A stretch of 33,536 bases of DNA from Candidatus Woesearchaeota archaeon (GTDB taxonomy: Archaea; Nanobdellota; Nanobdellia; Woesearchaeales; UBA11716): assembly GCA_013329175.1 (NCBI GenBank), contig DUKR01000080.1:1-33536 (forward strand). Direction: 5' to 3'. Under the pieces are notes generated by a model. That model saw nothing but the letters and a program-made list of their open reading frames with translations, was not told where the DNA came from and did no database searches. The position numbers and the translations under genes were made by a program. This document shows positions 21,406 through 29,843 of this stretch, piece after piece; position 1 is the stretch's first letter; each line of letters opens with the position of its first letter.

Positions 21406-23316
21406 CTACAGAAGGGAGATGTTCTTGTAGTCCTTTTTCTCAATAAAAATGGAGTGCCACAGCTCAAAAGTAAGCACATTCCAGAGCTGCCTGCTGTAAA
21501 ATAGTGGGGCGTTAGCGTATCTCTCAAGCATGTGAGTTATTGCCTTATGGCTGATATAGCCTGACGTAAAATGTGCAGGATCAGAAAGATATGGCTGAAG
21601 ATCCTTTTGCATCCAGTCATCCATGGGCACATAAAAGCGCTGCTTTTTTCTCTTTGCAGTGGCTGGAGGCACATAAGGCCTGAGGGCTTCCCGCAGCACA
21701 TATTTTTCCTTCCTTCCCGCAAGCTTATAGTGGGCAGGCATCCTGAACGCAAGTTCTGCTATCCGGTGGTCAAGATACGGGACCCTTGCTTCTATGCCAT
21801 GGGCCATAGTCATTTTATCAGTTTTTAGCAGGTATCCCTCAGGGAGGAGCGTCTCACACTCAAGGCGCTGTAACTGGTGAAGGTACGGCTCTTTTCGTGA
21901 AAAATAAGGCGCTATCTTTCCGGGGAGATCATGCCTGCCAGCAAGGTGCGGAGTAAGAATATTCTCTGCCTCCCCGTCGCTGACAAGGCTGGAAAAGAAA
22001 AGGTAGGATGAAGTCTTATCAGGCAGGGAGCTTAGGATGGAAGCGACGCGGTTCTTTCCCTCGCACCCTAAACCGGCAGCATACTTGAAAAAAGGAGTAA
22101 GCAGCGGGGATGGGACCGCTGAAAGCAGCCTTCCTGCAGCGTTTCTCACAGGTGAAGGAAAAAAAGACAGCCGATGGAGCATGGGGAGGAATGCATACTG
22201 CTCGTATCCAGCGAATAATTCATCTGCTCCATCACCGGTAAGGACAACTGCTACTTTCCCTGCTGCCTTCCCTGAAAGAAATTTTACGGGCAGCAATGCC
22301 GGATCGCCTAAAGGCTCATCAGCATGCCATACTGCAGAAGGGAGCGTATTGACGAGTGAGGTATCCATGGAAAAAGTGGCATGGTCTGCCTCAAAATGCG
22401 CTGCAACCTCTTCAGCAAGCAAAGATTCATTATCAGCATGGCTAAACCCCGCAGAATACGTACGGATGGGCCCGGAAAAAATCCCTTTTTCTCTCAGGCG
22501 GGATGCCATGCCTAATATCCCTCCTGAGTCTATCCCTCCTGATAAATAGATGCCAACGGGCCTGTCAGCAACCAGCCGCTTTGCTACAGAGTCCTCCAGA
22601 AGTTTCAGCAATTCCTCTTTTGCAGATGCAAATGTTCTCTTTTCGATAGAAGTCGGCAAAGAAAAGTATCTTTCCAATTCTGCTTTCTTTGTGGACAGGC
22701 TATAGGACAGGCAGTATCCTGCGGGAAGCTTGAGGATTCCATCAATTAGCGTCTGAGAGAAAGGAGTATAGCCTAAGCAGAAAAAGTGCCTGAATGCCTC
22801 ATGGTGGACAGATGGTGAAAAGCCATCATCAGCAAGCAGGGCCTTCATCTCTGAGGAGAAAGAAAGCATCCCCGCATTCAGCCGGTAGTATAGGGGCTTA
22901 ATCCCCAGCCTGTCTCTTGCCAGAATTACCTTCCTGTTTGTTTGGTCATAGATGGCAAACGAAAAGCATCCATTCAGATAAGATACTATCCCTGCTCCGT
23001 ATTCTTCATACCCGTGCACAAGAACTTCAGTGTCGGTTTCGCTGGAAAACCTGTGGCCCTTTGTAATAAGGCCTGAACGTAATTCTCTGTAATTGTAGAT
23101 TTCTCCGTTGAAAATGACGCAGACATCCCCTGTTTCATTAAACATTGGCTGCCTGCCTCTCTCAGACAGGTCAATGATGGAAAGCCTTCGGTGGCCAAGG
23201 GTCATGTGGCCATCACAGAATGTCCCAGACTGGTCAGGCCCCCGATGGGAAATAAGCCCTAGACCCTTCTTCAGGTAAGATGCATCATCCCATGAAAACC
23301 CAAAAATGCCGCACAT
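21406..23316 (-). CDS. Asparagine synthetase B-like glutamine-dependent amidotransferase
   Basis: 636-aa ORF with an N-terminal MCGIFGF (Ntn Cys2 nucleophile), a GATase class II domain, and the PP-loop motif YLSGGIDSG. Confidence 0.85.
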   Translation of the reverse strand: MCGIFGFSWDDASYLKKGLGLISHRGPDQSGTFCDGHMTLGHRRLSIIDLSERGRQPMFNETGDVCVIFNGEIYNYRELRSGLITKGHRFSSETDTEVLVHGYEEYGAGIVSYLNGCFSFAIYDQTNRKVILARDRLGIKPLYYRLNAGMLSFSSEMKALLADDGFSPSVHHEAFRHFFCLGYTPFSQTLIDGILKLPAGYCLSYSLSTKKAELERYFSLPTSIEKRTFASAKEELLKLLEDSVAKRLVADRPVGIYLSGGIDSGGILGMASRLREKGIFSGPIRTYSAGFSHADNESLLAEEVAAHFEADHATFSMDTSLVNTLPSAVWHADEPLGDPALLPVKFLSGKAAGKVAVVLTGDGADELFAGYEQYAFLPMLHRLSFFPSPVRNAAGRLLSAVPSPLLTPFFKYAAGLGCEGKNRVASILSSLPDKTSSYLFFSSLVSDGEAENILTPHLAGRHDLPGKIAPYFSRKEPYLHQLQRLECETLLPEGYLLKTDKMTMAHGIEARVPYLDHRIAELAFRMPAHYKLAGRKEKYVLREALRPYVPPATAKRKKQRFYVPMDDWMQKDLQPYLSDPAHFTSGYISHKAITHMLERYANAPLFYSRQLWNVLTFELWHSIFIEKKDYKNISLL

Positions 23317-23340
23317 GCCTGCAGTATGTTGTCTTTGCAG

Positions 23341-23348
23341 TTATAAAT
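23341..23348. promoter_or_regulatory. TATA-like element TTATAAAT between the divergent AsnB-like and GT2 genes
   Basis: The centre is about 28.5 nt from the AsnB-like ATG (23316) and about 35.5 nt from the GT2 ATG (23380). Confidence 0.4.
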
Positions 23349-23379
23349 TTCACGATAGATTCGACCGAGGGCGAATCCC

Positions 23380-24147
23380 ATGACTAAAAAAAAATTTAAA
23401 CAGGGGCTTTTTTTCATACCGCACATGCACAAGGGCAAGAGCGTATCAGTTGTTTTCCCTGCATTTAACGAGCAGGAAGGGATTGGTGCAGCAGTCAGGG
23501 AGTTCTTTGCAACAGGCATTGTGGATGAGATTGTAGTCGTTGATAACAATTCAAAAGATAACACCTCCAACAAGGCAACAGAGGCAGGCGCAAGGGTTGT
23601 TCTTGAAAAGAGGCAGGGCTACGGATGGGCCAGCAGGAGAGCCCTGCACGAAGCAAAAGGAGACATCATCATTATCGCTGAGCCAGACGGCACATTTGCA
23701 GGGAAAGATATCTTCAAGCTTCTTGCCTACGCCCAAGACTTTGATATTATCTTTGGGACAAGGACATCAAAGGAAAGCATATGGGATGGAGCCAACATGA
23801 ACCTGTTCCTCAGGTATGGCAACGTCTTTGTCGCAAAGCTTATGGAATACCTCTTCAACGGCCCCTGCCTCACTGACGTAGGATGCACTATGAAATTATT
23901 CAGGAGGGAAGCAATCGAAAGGATAAAGCCAAAATTTACTGTTGGGGGATCACACTTCTCCCCAGAGCTGATGATATTGGCGATAACAAGCAAAGCTAAG
24001 TGCATAGAGATTCCTCTGAATTATCGCAAAAGGGTTGGAGCCTCAAAGATAACAGGGGATCTCTCAAAAGCTATCAGGCTTGGGTTCGTCATGATTGGCC
24101 TTATCCTTGCATACAGGCTTGGATTCAAAAAGGCCGCTGGAAAATGA
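23380..24147 (+). CDS. GT2 polyprenyl-phosphate sugar synthase-like glycosyltransferase with a C-terminal TM helix (module C)
   Basis: Motifs VSVVFPAFNEQEGI, IVVVDNNSKDNT and IIIIAEPDGTF. The C-terminal helix is IRLGFVMIGLILAYRLGF. The stop overlaps the start of the next gene (ATGA at 24144-24147). Confidence 0.7.
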   Translation: MTKKKFKQGLFFIPHMHKGKSVSVVFPAFNEQEGIGAAVREFFATGIVDEIVVVDNNSKDNTSNKATEAGARVVLEKRQGYGWASRRALHEAKGDIIIIAEPDGTFAGKDIFKLLAYAQDFDIIFGTRTSKESIWDGANMNLFLRYGNVFVAKLMEYLFNGPCLTDVGCTMKLFRREAIERIKPKFTVGGSHFSPELMILAITSKAKCIEIPLNYRKRVGASKITGDLSKAIRLGFVMIGLILAYRLGFKKAAGK

Positions 24148-25817
24148 AAAGGCAAGCCTACCTTGCAATAAGCCTAATTCTTCTTGGGATTCTATTGCGT
24201 GTATCATCTCTGGATAATGTTCCCTATCTTGATGAAGCAGCCTGGGCATATACTGCAACTGACACCAGCATGCAGACTTATGCCTCAACTATCCCACACC
24301 CCCCCCTTGCAATTCTGTTGTTCAAGGCTCCCATGCTCATTGCTCCCTACAGCGATGTCATGCTGAGGATGGTGCCGCTTTTCCTTGGGTTAGCTACTCT
24401 TGCTGTAGTGTTCCTGATAGCAAATATACTGTATGGAAAAAGCGCTGCATACTGGTCACTGGTGATAATGAGCCTCTCGTTTTGGCACGTTCTTGCCTCA
24501 GTGCAGGTTGACGTTGACGGCGCTATTCTTGCTTTCCTGTTTTCCTGCGCGGTTTATTGCTATCTTCTCTTCGAAAAAACAACAAAAAAGCAATTCCTTT
24601 ATGCCACTGGGGTATTTCTCGGTCTCTGCATCTTTGCTAAGCTGCCAGGGATTCTTGGCTCTGTGACTATCGGGCTGTATGTCATAGCAAAGAAAAGAAA
24701 GCTGCGAAGCATTATCATTGAGGGAGGGGTTCTGCTGTCAATTGTTGCTGCAATGTTTGCCCCCTATGTTCTCTACCTTAAGGCAACTAATCCAGAGGCA
24801 TTCCAGTTCGTGTTTGCCCATAATGCCGGCTATTACACAGGGGGAGTATCTCTCCTTCCCCTTGCTTATCTGCTGTTGTGGGGTACGCCTCTTCTGGCAG
24901 GGTTATCCATGCTCGCTACACTAAGGCTTGCCAAGAATGACATGCTTCCTCTGCTCTGGATTTTCGTGTGTGTCGCATTTTACTTAGTGATGGGTGTTCC
25001 CGGACTTTCTCCGTTTGACAGGTACCTGATGGTTATCATCCCTCCCCTTGCAATGCTCTCCGGAAAGTTTCTTTCATCACTACAGCCAGCAAAGAGGCAC
25101 CTGCCGCATATCATTACTTCATTTTTGATTGGATTGGCTATTCTTACCGCTTTCCAGTTTCAGTCAACTATCGTCAGGCATTCTCTGGAAGATTACGCCA
25201 AGCGGCTGCTTTCCCCTGACTGGATGTTCTACCTCCCGATTACAGGTTCAAGCGGCCCGACAATGCTTATTGGAATAGGGGGGATTATCGTTGTCAGCGC
25301 GCTTGCATACCTATTCATGCTTTTTTCCCTCTTCTCAAAAAAGAAGGGGTTGAAAACAGGCCTTATTGCAGTAAGCCTTGGAATGGCTCTTGCAATCAAC
25401 TTGTTCCTTGCAGGAGAGCTTGCATTCCCGCTTTTATCGCCGGATATATCGGCAATGACCAATGACGCAATAAGCACAGTGAAAAGCAGCAGCCTGAGCC
25501 TTCCACTCTATACCAATGCCCTTGGCATCTCATGGCATGCAAGGCTTAATGACCCCTATTTTGCAAGGGGGGGCATCATAACAGTATTGCCTGACGCTCG
25601 CAGATACGAGACAGAAAGCAGCGATGAGAGCATCAGGTCAATAGCTGAAGGAATGCTGGCAGAAGGCGGGACATTAATTCACATAGATTACCCGCCGTCA
25701 CATACAGCTATTGCCTTGTGGGATGCCCTTGCTGACTGCAATGTGATGAAGGAGTACACCTATAAGGAAAGGCGCATGGGGTATGTTATCACTTGCCCTG
25801 AGCAGGACAACATTTAA
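24144..25817 (+). CDS. GT-C-fold membrane glycosyltransferase, ArnT/PMT-like (module C)
   Basis: The start is placed at ATG 24144 (MKRQAYLAISLILLGILL), which overlaps the GT2 stop. The first loop contains PYLDEAAWAY (DE motif), followed by a PMT_2-like segment (LRMVPLFLGLATLAVVFLIANILYGKSAAYW). The protein is polytopic and has a C-terminal soluble domain. Confidence 0.7.
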   Translation: MKRQAYLAISLILLGILLRVSSLDNVPYLDEAAWAYTATDTSMQTYASTIPHPPLAILLFKAPMLIAPYSDVMLRMVPLFLGLATLAVVFLIANILYGKSAAYWSLVIMSLSFWHVLASVQVDVDGAILAFLFSCAVYCYLLFEKTTKKQFLYATGVFLGLCIFAKLPGILGSVTIGLYVIAKKRKLRSIIIEGGVLLSIVAAMFAPYVLYLKATNPEAFQFVFAHNAGYYTGGVSLLPLAYLLLWGTPLLAGLSMLATLRLAKNDMLPLLWIFVCVAFYLVMGVPGLSPFDRYLMVIIPPLAMLSGKFLSSLQPAKRHLPHIITSFLIGLAILTAFQFQSTIVRHSLEDYAKRLLSPDWMFYLPITGSSGPTMLIGIGGIIVVSALAYLFMLFSLFSKKKGLKTGLIAVSLGMALAINLFLAGELAFPLLSPDISAMTNDAISTVKSSSLSLPLYTNALGISWHARLNDPYFARGGIITVLPDARRYETESSDESIRSIAEGMLAEGGTLIHIDYPPSHTAIALWDALADCNVMKEYTYKERRMGYVITCPEQDNI

Positions 25818-25820
25818 AAA
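25813..25820 (+). promoter_or_regulatory. TATA-like element TTTAAAAA overlapping the GT-C stop codon
   Basis: The centre is about 28.5 nt upstream of the ATG at 25845. Confidence 0.35.
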
Positions 25821-25844
25821 ACACCAGAAGCCCATAGAGTCACC

Positions 25845-26957
25845 ATGAAGATTCTTGTTACAGGAGGAGCGGGGTTTGTTGGCTCATTCATTGTCGATGA
25901 GCTTCTCAAAAAAGGCCATCAGGTAACCATTCTTGACAACATTGAGCCTCAGGTTCATCCTGAGGGGAAAAAGCCAGGCTACCTGAATCCCCTCGCCACG
26001 CTTATAACTGGGGATGTCAATGACGCGAATCTGCTAAATCTGGCAGTGGCTGATGCGGATGTTATCTTCCATAAGGCCGCGATGGTAGGCGTTGGCCAGA
26101 GCATGTACCAGATAGCCCGCTATACAAAAGCCAATGTCATGGGAACAGCAACGCTTCTTGACCTCCTTGCTAATACAAAGCACTCAGTAAAAAAAGTGAT
26201 TGTCGCAAGCTCCATGAGTACCTATGGTGAAGGGGCATACCTCAACACCTCAGGCGAGAGGGTAAGGCCAGCACTTAGGGGAGAAGGGCAGATGCAGCGC
26301 GGGGAATGGGAGCTTAGGGATGAAAAGACTGGCGGGGAGCTTACGCCTGTAGGCATGACAGAAGAAGATGTCCAGTACTGCAACTCAGTCTATGCCATCA
26401 CCAAAAAAAGCCAGGAAGAGATGGTCATGAATGTTTGCGGGGCATATGGAATCAACGCTACAGCCTTTCGCTATTTTAACATCTACGGTCCAAGGCAGTC
26501 GTTGTCAAATCCATATACCGGAGTAGCTGCCATTTTCATGAGCAGGATAAAGAACGACGCTCCTCCACTGGTATTTGAGGATGGCCTGCAGAGCAGGGAT
26601 TTTATTTCTGTGCATGACATTGTGCAGGCGAACATGCTTGCGATGGAAAGCAAGAGTGCTGAAGGAGAAATCTTCAATGTCGGGACGGGAAGGCAGACAA
26701 CAATAAAAAAAGTAGCTGAAGTCCTTGCGGACCTTTATGGAAAGGACATACAGCCTGATATCGTCGGCAAGTTCAGGAAGGGCGACGTCAGGCACTGTTT
26801 TGCTGATATCTCCAAAATAAAGAGGAAGCTGGGGTTTGAGCCCCCCGTAAGGTTTGCAGATGGAATGAAGGAGCTCACTGCATGGGCTCAAGGAGAAACC
26901 GCAAAAGACGGAGTGGATGGGGCTGTAGAAGAGCTGAAGCAAAAAAAGCTTATCTGA
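25845..26957 (+). CDS. Extended SDR nucleotide-sugar epimerase/dehydratase with an internal insertion of about 35-40 aa
   Basis: 370-aa ORF with MKILVTGGAGFVGSF and YAITKKSQE (YxxxK). About 60 residues separate the SSMS serine from the catalytic Tyr, where about 25 is usual. Confidence 0.7.
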   Translation: MKILVTGGAGFVGSFIVDELLKKGHQVTILDNIEPQVHPEGKKPGYLNPLATLITGDVNDANLLNLAVADADVIFHKAAMVGVGQSMYQIARYTKANVMGTATLLDLLANTKHSVKKVIVASSMSTYGEGAYLNTSGERVRPALRGEGQMQRGEWELRDEKTGGELTPVGMTEEDVQYCNSVYAITKKSQEEMVMNVCGAYGINATAFRYFNIYGPRQSLSNPYTGVAAIFMSRIKNDAPPLVFEDGLQSRDFISVHDIVQANMLAMESKSAEGEIFNVGTGRQTTIKKVAEVLADLYGKDIQPDIVGKFRKGDVRHCFADISKIKRKLGFEPPVRFADGMKELTAWAQGETAKDGVDGAVEELKQKKLI

Positions 26958-26975
26958 AAGCCAGAAAAAAATGCC

Positions 26976-27512
26976 ATGAAAAAAAAAGAAAGCGCCATGC
27001 CAAGAAAGCTTAATATCGGCTGCGGGTTTGACCTGCGAGCTGGCTTTGTGAATGCGGACATCAGAGAGCCATGCGATGTAAAATTGGACATGTCAAAAAA
27101 GCCATACCCATTTAAGGATAACAGCTTTGATTACATCCTTATGAACAATGTCCTTGAGCACATTGAAACGCCCCTCATGGTGATTGAAGAGATTCACAGG
27201 ATTTGCTCGCCTGCAGGGACAATTGAGATTATTGTTCCATTTTATAACAGCCCCAATGCGTACAATGACATAACCCATGTCCGCTTCTTTCACAGGGACA
27301 CGCTGAAAGATTTTGATATCAACACGAAAGGAAAGCGGTACGAGGCATCACCAGTGAAGTTCCGGATAAAGACTGTGCTGCATCCTTCACTCTTCGGAAG
27401 GCTCATTCCTAAGCCGCTGCTCAATGTATGCGCAGTTACCATCGGAAATCTTGTTGCTGCAGTAACCTACAAGCTTACCCCTGTCAAGGATGAAAATTCT
27501 CCTAATGAATGA
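26976..27512 (+). CDS. Small class I SAM-dependent methyltransferase (Methyltransf_11-like)
   Basis: 178-aa ORF with LNIGCGFDLRAGFVNADI and FDYILMNNVLEHI. An alternative start is ATG 26997. The 3' end overlaps the next gene by 23 nt. Confidence 0.7.
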   Translation: MKKKESAMPRKLNIGCGFDLRAGFVNADIREPCDVKLDMSKKPYPFKDNSFDYILMNNVLEHIETPLMVIEEIHRICSPAGTIEIIVPFYNSPNAYNDITHVRFFHRDTLKDFDINTKGKRYEASPVKFRIKTVLHPSLFGRLIPKPLLNVCAVTIGNLVAAVTYKLTPVKDENSPNE

Positions 27513-28644
27513 TTGTGAAGAGAAAGCAGGAGGTGCTGAAGTATACCTCTATCACCTTATTGAGCTTCTCAAAAGCAGAGGTCATGGTATAAGCACATAC
27601 TTCTCCCAGAAAAAATCGGGGATAAGGCCGATAGAAAGCATCTTTAGCTTCAGGAATCTTTTCAGCATCCTGAAAAAGATAAAACAGGAGAATCCCGACA
27701 TCATTCACATCCAGAAATACAACCTTTCATTGTCTCTCTCGCCGCTTGTTGCCGCAAAAATAGCAGGGAAAAAAACAGTAGTGACGCTGCAGGATTTTGG
27801 GCTAATCAGCGCTAACAGCTGGTGTGTTGATGATAAGGGTATAGCCTGCGAGAAGCCATCATCAATCAGGTGGGTATTCAAAAAAAGCAAAAGTGAAAAA
27901 AAGCTGCTCAATAAGCTCTATGACTATGGCAAGAACGTAATTCACCTGCGGATGCTTGGAATGTTTGCTGATGTATGCGTCGTACCAGGGACGCCCCTGC
28001 AGGAGTACCTTAAGGAGATATTACCCTATAAGGAGGTAACCACCATCCCCCATTTTATTCCTGAGACATATAGCTTTAAGAAAAAGGCAAAAAAAGGATT
28101 CAAGCTTGCGTTCATCGGGAGGCTTGAAAAGGAAAAAGGAGTGATGGAATTAGTAAAGGCGATGACCTTGTGCGATAAGAAGTGGAAGCTCTCAATAATT
28201 GGTGATGGGTCATTATATTCCTATGCTAGAGGTTACATTCTGAAAAATAAGTTGCAGGCTAGAGTATCGCTGAGGGGGAGGCTTAGGAAGGAGAAAATAG
28301 AAAAAGAATATCACGATGCCGACGCAGTGATTATGCCGTGTGCATGGCTTGAACTGCAGGGAATGGTTGGTGCAGAAGCATTCAGCACAGGAACACCTGT
28401 GGTTGCGCCGTACATGGGGGGGATTGCTGACTGGCTGAAGGATGGTTACAATGGCGCGGAAATCAAAAAGATAATCCCTGAAGAAATAAAAAAGGCGATT
28501 GAAAGGTTTGATGGCATGGATATCACCAGGCTGTCTGCAAATGCAAGAGCATCCTATCTGAAAATATTCACACCTGATGCACACTACAGAAAGCTGATGG
28601 GAGCATATAGCCTAGCTAGAGGTGCTAAAGGAGGAGCGGTATAG
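27490..28644 (+). CDS. GT4-family glycosyltransferase
   Basis: 384-aa ORF with MKILLMND...AGGAEVYLYHLIELL, FIGRLEKEKGV, and the E...E motif region ELQGMVGAEAFSTGTPVVA. Confidence 0.8.
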   Translation: MKILLMNDCEEKAGGAEVYLYHLIELLKSRGHGISTYFSQKKSGIRPIESIFSFRNLFSILKKIKQENPDIIHIQKYNLSLSLSPLVAAKIAGKKTVVTLQDFGLISANSWCVDDKGIACEKPSSIRWVFKKSKSEKKLLNKLYDYGKNVIHLRMLGMFADVCVVPGTPLQEYLKEILPYKEVTTIPHFIPETYSFKKKAKKGFKLAFIGRLEKEKGVMELVKAMTLCDKKWKLSIIGDGSLYSYARGYILKNKLQARVSLRGRLRKEKIEKEYHDADAVIMPCAWLELQGMVGAEAFSTGTPVVAPYMGGIADWLKDGYNGAEIKKIIPEEIKKAIERFDGMDITRLSANARASYLKIFTPDAHYRKLMGAYSLARGAKGGAV

Positions 28645-28645
28645 G

Positions 28646-29776
28646 GTGGCAACAATAGGACTCATACGGGGGAATTTCCTGAATCTGTGGGAATGGCAGC
28701 TTTTTGAGATGGCTAAAAAACATAATATCATACCCATCTGCACAATAGACAATAAGTTCTCGACTGCAGGGATCCCTCACATCAGGAGGACGGACAATGT
28801 CAGAAGGTTCAATAAGGTTCCCCTGCTCTCAACGCTTCTTCAGGGGGTGCTTCCTGTCAATGACTATATGTTCGGGTTAAAGGAAAAAGTGAAGGACTGC
28901 AGCATCCTCCATACCGCAGACCCTCATTATCCCTTTTCATATCAGGCAGCAGCGCTTGCAAAGCCCTGCGTGTTCACGGTATGGGAAAACCTATCGGGAA
29001 ATAACGAGCGCTCGCTCTATCGGCTCTTTAAGCGCCAGTCCTATAAAAGGGGTGCTCTCTTCCTTCCTGTGACCAAAAAATCAAGAGACGCTCTCATTGC
29101 TGAGGGGGTGCCAGAAAACAAGATACGCGTATTCTCTCCAGGAATAGACACCATGAGGTTTGCTCCTTCGCCAAAAGATAAAGCCCTGTGCCAAAAGTAC
29201 GAGATTAGCAGCAAAAGCAAATGCATCCTGTTCACCGCAAGGGTTTGCAGGGAGAAAGGGATAGAGTACCTTCTTGCTGCCTTGCGTGGTCTTATGCAAA
29301 AAGACAAAGACATTGTCCTTCTCATAGCAGGGTCAGGGCCGCTGAGGTCAAGAGTCGAAGATGCAAAGAGAGAGGGGCTCAACATCGTGTATCTTGATTT
29401 CTGCCCCTATGAGGATATGCCAAAGATATACGGTCTGGCTGACATTGTCTGCATACCAAGCATAAGGACAAGGCAATGGGAGGAGCAGTGGGGATACGCA
29501 TTCGTTGAGGCAATGGCATGTGGCAAGCCCGTCATCTCAACCAAAACAGGGTCAATCGAAGAGGTTGTTGAAGATGGGAAAACAGGGATTCTTGTTGAGC
29601 AAAAAAGCGCACAGGAGCTGCAAAAGGCAATAACGTTGCTCCTTACTGACAAAAAGGCATATCGGGACATGGCTTACCATGCAAGGAAAAGGGCGATGGC
29701 CTGCTTTGATGCAGAGAAGCAGATGAAAAAGCTTGAGTCAATATATGACTCTGTGCTGAGGGGAAATAATGCCTGA
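28646..29776 (+). CDS. GT4-family glycosyltransferase
   Basis: The start is placed at GTG 28646, because GGAGGAG (28630-28636) lies 9 nt upstream and the upstream gene stops at 28644; the ORF track begins at GTG 28622. Motifs are ILFTARVCREKGI and EEQWGYAFVEAMACGKPVIST. Confidence 0.8.
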   Translation: MATIGLIRGNFLNLWEWQLFEMAKKHNIIPICTIDNKFSTAGIPHIRRTDNVRRFNKVPLLSTLLQGVLPVNDYMFGLKEKVKDCSILHTADPHYPFSYQAAALAKPCVFTVWENLSGNNERSLYRLFKRQSYKRGALFLPVTKKSRDALIAEGVPENKIRVFSPGIDTMRFAPSPKDKALCQKYEISSKSKCILFTARVCREKGIEYLLAALRGLMQKDKDIVLLIAGSGPLRSRVEDAKREGLNIVYLDFCPYEDMPKIYGLADIVCIPSIRTRQWEEQWGYAFVEAMACGKPVISTKTGSIEEVVEDGKTGILVEQKSAQELQKAITLLLTDKKAYRDMAYHARKRAMACFDAEKQMKKLESIYDSVLRGNNA

Positions 29777-29827
29777 AGACAGTACTTAATAGCGTGCCTA
29801 TCAAACCATCTATCCTATCATGTGAGT

Positions 29828-29833
29828 AAAAAA
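29828..29833 (-). terminator. T6 tract on the minus strand, 11 nt after the Fe-ADH stop codon
   Basis: The minus strand reads TAA-GATTGGGGGATTTTTTAC. An oligo-T run is the usual archaeal termination signal, and it lies in a 67-nt convergent gap. Confidence 0.4.
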
Positions 29834-29843
29834 TCCCCCAATC

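Noticed and set aside
24000-24143. 48-codon N-terminal extension of the GT-C ORF (MHRDSSELSQKGW...).
   Set aside because: It lies wholly inside the 3' end of the GT2 gene in another frame. The ATG at 24144 gives a typical basic N-terminus followed by TM1 and makes an ATGA stop/start overlap.
28622-28645. Upstream GTG start for the last GT4 gene (MLKEERYR...).
   Set aside because: It would overlap the preceding gene by 23 nt and would include the GGAGGAG motif in the coding sequence. GTG 28646 sits 9 nt downstream of that motif and 2 nt after the upstream stop.
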